Notes under the pieces: generated by a model | Told to the model about the DNA's origin: nothing | Database searches by the model: none | The model's input: the letters and a program-made list of their open reading frames with translations, nothing else | Made by a program: the position numbers and the translations under genes | In this document: piece by piece, positions 58,637 through 64,000 of the stretch | Position numbering within the stretch: the stretch's first letter is position 1 | How the letters are laid out: each line of letters starts with the position of its first letter | Source of the DNA: a virus | IMG/VR virus record: IMGVR_UViG_3300045988_182866 | Length of the DNA stretch: 64,000 nucleotides | Strand: one strand, 5' to 3'

Positions 58637-59446
58637 TTAATTTTGTTCTGATTTTTTATTGGTGCCAGTTTTTGTTGATTTTCGAGCAGTGGCAGCTTTT
58701 CTAGTATTAGCCGAAGATGTACTTTTCTTTTTAGCAGAAGTTGTTTTTGCTTTAGCTTTGGCCTTTTCAGCCTCAGCTTGTTTCTTTGCTGTTTCAGCTA
58801 ATTGTTTTTTAATTTCTGCTTCGATTGCTTCAAGATCTTCTTCCTCTTCTATTTCATCTTCAGGCGCAGCTTCATTTTTTAAATTATCCATTGGATCTGG
58901 ATCATTATATTCCGGAATGCCAAATGCAGACTTAGGAATTGGCTTGGGCTTTGCCATATGATGAATTCGAAGCGGCTTAGGTTCTTCTTCCTTGGGTTGC
59001 TCCTCTTCATTATCTTTTCCATAAGGAATTCTACGATATAAGAATGTATCAATAATAGAACCTCTCTTTAATTCTAAATCTTGTTCAATACCGAGCCAAA
59101 ATTTACAAAAGGTAGCTTCAATATTAATTCTAGAAGGAGCAATATTACAATAAGATTTCATAACAGCAAATGCCTTAGCTACATATTTCATTGCAATATT
59201 CAAGAATTTACAATAATCCGGAAGAGGGGGAAGAGCTTTAAATTCATCAATTCTGGCATATAATGCTAATTTTAATCTGTTCTCAAAATCATCAAGAACA
59301 AATTTAACTCCCGCCTGATAACCTTTTTGATAAGACTCATCAATCTTTTGCTGAAGATGATAATAAAATGGAGTTCCCGGAATAGGATTTCCATTTGAGT
59401 CAAAGAAATTTTCTCCGGTTAATGACGATTTATGAAGTAAACTCAT
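58637..59446 (-). CDS. Hypothetical protein with a Lys/Ala/Thr-rich basic C-terminal tail (269 aa)
   Basis: C-terminus KKQAEAEKAKAKAKTTSAKKKSTSSANTRKAATARKSTK. Confidence 0.45.
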   Translation of the reverse strand: MSLLHKSSLTGENFFDSNGNPIPGTPFYYHLQQKIDESYQKGYQAGVKFVLDDFENRLKLALYARIDEFKALPPLPDYCKFLNIAMKYVAKAFAVMKSYCNIAPSRINIEATFCKFWLGIEQDLELKRGSIIDTFLYRRIPYGKDNEEEQPKEEEPKPLRIHHMAKPKPIPKSAFGIPEYNDPDPMDNLKNEAAPEDEIEEEEDLEAIEAEIKKQLAETAKKQAEAEKAKAKAKTTSAKKKSTSSANTRKAATARKSTKTGTNKKSEQN

Positions 59447-59527
59447 ATGATTTATTATACTCTAAACATTAACTTTTTCAATTATTTCTTTTATTAAAGT
59501 TTTCTTTTGTAAATCGTTTTGACATTA

Positions 59528-62125
59528 CTATTCTTCTCCGAATAAATCAAATAATTCAAATTCATATTCATCTGTTACATTAGGAGGAGTCCAGTTTGCC
59601 ACTTTATAAAGGCTGGCAATGCAAGCATAAAATGGCTTTTCAAATATTCTTCGATAGTCAATCTCAAATAATTCAAGAAATTCAGGAGGCATATACCCGT
59701 CTCGAATAGCAATCGAGTCAATCCTATACTTATTATTGGGCTTTAATGCAATAACCTGTATTGTATCTCCTTCTCTAATAGGCTGAACTCCATGGATTTT
59801 TTCCTTTTCTATAATAAGATTATAATAATATGCAGCTCTAATATGAGCTTGCATGCCTTTCATAGTCTGAAAACCAGAAGAACCGTCAGAATATTTGTTA
59901 AATGTTTTAACTCGGGCAATCTTGCAAATAGTTGTCAATGGAAGTTTTTTAAATTCTTCATATGCCTCTCTTAGCCTTTTATCGGTTTCATACTTATTCT
60001 GATGAAGAATCATAGGCTCAATAACTTTTTTACCAATTTCTTTAATCGGCTTACTCATAATACTTTTAGCCAGTTCAACACCAGTATATTTCCAAGAGAT
60101 TTTGAGATTACCCTCGAGGTCTACTTCACCTTCATTATCAACACAATGTAAAACGTAATTCTTCTTTTTGCGGTACAAACCATAGTCGCAAATCTTTTCA
60201 CGTTTAAAATGAAGGATTGTTCTCTTAGTATTAAACGTTTCAGTTACAAACTTATTGAGTTCTCTATCAATGTAATCATTAAGTTCATCAATAAGTTTAT
60301 ATCCTTCTGGAGTAACTTTAGAATCTTTACAAATTATAATCCCGGCAACTCCATGAAGAGAAACGCCAACTGAGTCAGTATCATTAAAGATAATATGCTC
60401 CTCGGCAACTTCTTCAGTCATCCCGGGAGTTTTCATCATAATAAAATCTTTGACAATTCTATTAACCTGTTTAATAGTGCATTGTCCAGTTAAAGTAATT
60501 GAATTTCCTATTGAATCATGGCCCAAAGGACTCGTCTTAGAAGTCAAAGCTCCATAACAGCTGTTAATACAAAGTTTCTTTGTATATTGCGCAATTTGAA
60601 GCTGCTTAATTTTTAATTCAATCTTTTCTTTCTCCTCTTTAGGAAGATCTTTCTTTAATTCTTCTTCAAGCCTAACAATTTCCTTTCTGTCTTTCTTTCG
60701 AGAATCAAAGACACTTTCCATAAATTCTGGATAAATGCCCTGTTTCTTTTGTGAGAATAATACATTTGCAGGAGTCCTAATTAGCTCAGTATTCTTTACA
60801 AATTCATTAAACTTTTGTTCTGTTAAAGTATATTGTTTTCCAGAAGTTAATGTCAAATGAATATTTCCATCTCCCAATTCCACAAATTCACCAACCATTG
60901 TTTCAATGGAAATATTATTCGTAATGGCGCAAGAAGGGTATAGCGATGCAGCATCATACGTTATTAGATCTTTTACAAGACCTGGTTTTACGCTTACATA
61001 TCCGCCTTCATTCTTACCTTCAAGGACTTCTCGTTTTGGAGTAAAAAGGATTTGTCCCCGAGATCTTGCTTTTAGAGCAATTGCTCCGGAAACATATGCA
61101 ACTACGCCTAATCCATCTTCAAAATTCGTTAATCCAAGAGTAGCGAGATACCTTAAAAGAGCGAAATAATTAGTCTTCTTATCAATCTTTACAAGAAGTT
61201 CAACATCTCGAATATTATAAAGAACGAAATCATTCCAATTATTTTTTTGGAAATCTCCAATGGGTCCTTCATACTCAAGTTTTTGTTCTCCTACTTCTAT
61301 TGAACCAATGTGGTCCAGCTTATAAGAATCTTGAAGTTTTACCTTTAGTTTCTTATAAACATCAATATAGTCAATAATAAGCATTCCAGGAGTAATATAT
61401 TTTGTATATTCTCTTGGAGGATTATCCTTTGTTTTACCAATGCCCATATTGAATATTCCCAAAGGACTTAATCTTTTTAATTCATCCTGTCCTAAAACTT
61501 TAGTAATCCGATTGACCAAATAAGGCATATCGAAAAAATTTGAGTTCCAGGCAGAAAGAATATCAGGATGGTCTTTTTCAATATATCTTAAAAATGATTC
61601 AAGGAGTTCATATTCATCTTCGCAATGAATATAAAATACCTTCAGGTCATTAGGTAATTCTCCGGTAAATTCTTTTGTACCGAATGTAGTATATTCATTA
61701 GTCAAAGAATCATGAATAGTAATAAGACTAATCGGAGCTCTTGCCTCTTCCGGTGCTGGGAATTCATTATAAGGAAGTGGCTCAGTTTCAATATCGAAAA
61801 AACAAATCTTCAAAGGATTCTTAGAAAAATCTTCAGAATCCTGCATTCCTCCATATTCATCCATTAAGAATTGCTGAGCCGGTTTAAAATTCTCAAATAA
61901 CCTTGTTATTTTTGAATCCTTAATGAATTCACTTCTTTCCCATGAATTCTTAAAAATCTTTTTGGACAAAGGAGTACCAAAAATAGAAGTATACTTCCCA
62001 TTTGAATCCTCAATATACAAATATGGAGAATAAGGACGGTCAACCATAATTCGGTCGCCGTCCTTATTCCAAGTAAACAATTTGATATTTTTATCTCGTC
62101 CGTCCCAATAAGCGAATCGGTACAT
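59528..62125 (-). CDS. DNA polymerase, family B (T4 gp43-like)
   Basis: Exo I FFDIETE, motif A DAASLYPS and motif C NDTDSV are all present. Confidence 0.9.
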   Translation of the reverse strand: MYRFAYWDGRDKNIKLFTWNKDGDRIMVDRPYSPYLYIEDSNGKYTSIFGTPLSKKIFKNSWERSEFIKDSKITRLFENFKPAQQFLMDEYGGMQDSEDFSKNPLKICFFDIETEPLPYNEFPAPEEARAPISLITIHDSLTNEYTTFGTKEFTGELPNDLKVFYIHCEDEYELLESFLRYIEKDHPDILSAWNSNFFDMPYLVNRITKVLGQDELKRLSPLGIFNMGIGKTKDNPPREYTKYITPGMLIIDYIDVYKKLKVKLQDSYKLDHIGSIEVGEQKLEYEGPIGDFQKNNWNDFVLYNIRDVELLVKIDKKTNYFALLRYLATLGLTNFEDGLGVVAYVSGAIALKARSRGQILFTPKREVLEGKNEGGYVSVKPGLVKDLITYDAASLYPSCAITNNISIETMVGEFVELGDGNIHLTLTSGKQYTLTEQKFNEFVKNTELIRTPANVLFSQKKQGIYPEFMESVFDSRKKDRKEIVRLEEELKKDLPKEEKEKIELKIKQLQIAQYTKKLCINSCYGALTSKTSPLGHDSIGNSITLTGQCTIKQVNRIVKDFIMMKTPGMTEEVAEEHIIFNDTDSVGVSLHGVAGIIICKDSKVTPEGYKLIDELNDYIDRELNKFVTETFNTKRTILHFKREKICDYGLYRKKKNYVLHCVDNEGEVDLEGNLKISWKYTGVELAKSIMSKPIKEIGKKVIEPMILHQNKYETDKRLREAYEEFKKLPLTTICKIARVKTFNKYSDGSSGFQTMKGMQAHIRAAYYYNLIIEKEKIHGVQPIREGDTIQVIALKPNNKYRIDSIAIRDGYMPPEFLELFEIDYRRIFEKPFYACIASLYKVANWTPPNVTDEYEFELFDLFGEE

Positions 62126-62129
62126 ATTT

Positions 62130-62681
62130 TTATTTTATGTCTAGTCTGGCTTTAATAATTGACAAGGCTAAATCATATCCTCCTTGATCTCCGGAAATCC
62201 TATGAGGCTTAATATTAAGATCTCCTAAAAACTTTTCAAGGTCTTTAGCTATTTTATCTGATTCTTCTTCGGTTTGATGCCTTCCAATTGGATTATAAGG
62301 CTTAACCCTGTTGATAAAAAAGTTTAAATTATCATATTGATGATGAGTCTTAACAATCAGCTGAGTTCTTTCGTAAGCACAATTATCATTGCTATAATAA
62401 GCGCTTAGCAATAACGGACTATCGGTAATAATTGCATCAACTTTTCCGTTAACTCTGGATAATTTGAAAGATTGTTTGCCAAAAATATAATTTTGATCTT
62501 CAAAAACTGATTTATTCTCTTCCCATACTTTATCCTTGGCAAATTCGCTGACATATTCACAATTAACACCTAAGCATTTTAAGTTATAAAACAAATATGC
62601 CGCACCCGTTGACTTACCTGCACCAGGTTGTGCAAACAAATTAACCACTAAAGTTCTTTTCACGTTTTCTTTATTTTGCAT
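62130..62681 (-). CDS. P-loop kinase (AAA_33 / polynucleotide-kinase-like kinase domain, or dNMP kinase)
   Basis: Walker A AQPGAGKST plus AIITDSPLL, similar to T4 Pnk GCPGSGKST...IISDTNL. There is no phosphatase domain. Confidence 0.5.
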   Translation of the reverse strand: MQNKENVKRTLVVNLFAQPGAGKSTGAAYLFYNLKCLGVNCEYVSEFAKDKVWEENKSVFEDQNYIFGKQSFKLSRVNGKVDAIITDSPLLLSAYYSNDNCAYERTQLIVKTHHQYDNLNFFINRVKPYNPIGRHQTEEESDKIAKDLEKFLGDLNIKPHRISGDQGGYDLALSIIKARLDIK

Positions 62682-62692
62682 TTTTCTTAAAG

Positions 62693-64000
62693 TTAAATGG
62701 TGATTCTTTTTGTAATACCATTATGCTTGTCTAATTGAATAATTTCACCGATTCCAGCTTTAAAGAAATCAGGCTTATGAGAAATGAGATAAATCGCCTG
62801 GTCTTCTTTCTGGGCAAATTCTTCTAAAATATTACAAACAATTTCCGAGTTAGTTTTATCCAAAGAAGAATCAAGAATTTCATCATAAAAAGAAACGTTG
62901 TAACTTACGGAACCTTGCAATTTAAGAATATCTCTAAATGCCCATATACAAGCTAAGTCTAGCATTTTAGATTCAGCACCGGAAAGATTTCCATAACTTA
63001 CCATAATTCCTCTTTTATTGAGAATTTCTTCTTCAAATACTTCATTAAATGATAATGAATATTGAGAATTCTGCTTAGTGAGATAATACTTGATTCTAAA
63101 ATTCAGTAAATCAAGAAGCTTTTTAATAATATAAGCCCTGATACCTTCTTCAGAAAGAATAAATCTTGCAATTTCAAATTTAGCTAAAGAAGCATTAATG
63201 TCTTTAATAACTTCTTCTTTTTTGGCTTTTTCTTTTTCGGCTTTTTCAATTAAATCTTTGAATATATCTTTTTCTTCAGATTCCTTCTCATGAACCTGGT
63301 ATTGTTTTAAAAGATCTTCTTTTAATTTTAAAGTATCAGTCTCAGCTTTAATGGCTGACTTATTATTGCTAATTTCCCATTCTAAATCCCTTAACTGGTT
63401 TAACTCTTTTTGCTTCTTTTGCTGAATATCCTGAGCTAGGGCAATAAGTTTGTTTAATTTTTCTTTTTCTTCTTCTTTCTTTAGAAGTTTATCTTGAAGT
63501 TCTTTAATAGAATGTTTAATTTCAATTTGATCTTTATCAGTAAATGGGCGGTTACATTCGGCACAAACTGGACCAAACTTTAATAAGGTATCAATTTTTT
63601 CAGATATAGTCTTTTTTTCATTCTTAATAGCTCCTAAATCAGCAGCTATTCTTATTTGGGCTTCCCGAGTCTTTCCTATATCATTTTTAATAGCATTTAA
63701 AATACTCTCGGAAACCTTTATTTTAGAAAGTCTAGCTTCCTCTTCCTTTAATTTAGAAATCTTTAAGGAAATTTTATGAATATCTTTTTCAATAATTTGT
63801 TTCTCAAGTTCTTTCTTTTGTTTTTGATTGGCAATTCTCTCCAACTCTTTCCTTTGTTTAGAAGTATAATCAAAAATATTAGAATTAATTTGTTCTACAA
63901 GTTTAGATTCTATGTCAAGTTCTCTTTTAGAGATATTAATATCATCCTTAACAAGCTTAAACATTTGAGTTACTACATCAAGATTAAAAAGACTTTCAAT
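62693..64000 (-). CDS. Rad50/SbcC-like recombination ATPase (T4 gp46-like), C-terminal part. The gene probably starts beyond the window end
   Basis: CAEC zinc hook, ABC signature LSGAESKML, Walker B FYDEILD and a D-loop/H-loop (ISHKPDF) are present. The ORF is open to the window edge, so the M at 63964 is probably internal. Confidence 0.7.
   Translation of the reverse strand: MESLFNLDVVTQMFKLVKDDINISKRELDIESKLVEQINSNIFDYTSKQRKELERIANQKQKKELEKQIIEKDIHKISLKISKLKEEEARLSKIKVSESILNAIKNDIGKTREAQIRIAADLGAIKNEKKTISEKIDTLLKFGPVCAECNRPFTDKDQIEIKHSIKELQDKLLKKEEEKEKLNKLIALAQDIQQKKQKELNQLRDLEWEISNNKSAIKAETDTLKLKEDLLKQYQVHEKESEEKDIFKDLIEKAEKEKAKKEEVIKDINASLAKFEIARFILSEEGIRAYIIKKLLDLLNFRIKYYLTKQNSQYSLSFNEVFEEEILNKRGIMVSYGNLSGAESKMLDLACIWAFRDILKLQGSVSYNVSFYDEILDSSLDKTNSEIVCNILEEFAQKEDQAIYLISHKPDFFKAGIGEIIQLDKHNGITKRITI

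Noticed and set aside
59528-62125. Intein or intron in the DNA polymerase, helicase, UvsX or sheath genes, given the HE-like genes nearby
   Set aside because: The polymerase, helicase and UvsX-like proteins have normal lengths with contiguous motifs. The HE-like genes are free-standing ORFs in intergenic positions, not in-frame insertions.

Overview
This window looks like part of a large, AT-rich genome of a T4-like myovirus (contractile tail); the host cannot be inferred. All protein-family calls below come from motifs and remembered family patterns read by eye in the supplied translations, not from database searches.

Layout, left to right:
- **1-5.5 kb, accessory block.** A very acidic repeat-containing protein, an orphan N6-adenine DNA methyltransferase (NPPY motif), two unknown genes, and a free-standing homing-endonuclease-like gene that combines tandem zinc-ribbon repeats with a Vsr/DUF559-like nuclease domain.
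- **5.5-12.2 kb, tail sheath and tube.** A tail sheath gene and a gp19-like tail tube gene, both on the minus strand. They are split by a plus-strand insertion carrying a second, paralogous HE-like gene (bracketed by a 29-bp direct repeat) and an unknown 487-aa gene.
- **12.2-41.2 kb, plus-strand late operon.** A tightly packed, translationally coupled operon of baseplate and tail-fiber genes. Recognisable members are a tape-measure-like protein, a gp25-like wedge protein, PKD-domain proteins and a fiber with the common IKFRRG...GEPxYETDT N-terminus. A gp44-like clamp-loader gene is embedded in it.
- **41.5-43.7 kb, opposite-strand tail fiber.** A tail fiber with a phage tail-collar motif. Its collar-encoding 69 bp recur as an inverted repeat 0.6 kb away, in front of a promoterless alternative C-terminal tip, so this looks like an invertible or exchangeable receptor-binding cassette with no recombinase in sight.
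- **43.8-46.1 kb.** A cluster of small unknown genes.
- **46.4-64 kb, minus-strand replication and recombination module.** The recognisable genes are:
  - a gp61-like primase and a T4 RNase H-like FEN nuclease;
  - a gp45-like clamp candidate, a gp32-like ssDNA-binding protein and a gp41-like helicase;
  - a UvsX/RecA-like recombinase and a family B DNA polymerase;
  - a PNK-like P-loop kinase and the C-terminal part of a Rad50/gp46-like protein.
  
  This module is interrupted by a plus-strand 842-aa gene of unknown function.

A family of near-identical bidirectional terminator hairpins (AAAAAGCTGAGTCA...TGACTCAGCTTTTT) recurs at convergent gene junctions. I saw no tRNA genes, CRISPR array, integrase, reverse transcriptase or capsid/portal/terminase genes in this window.
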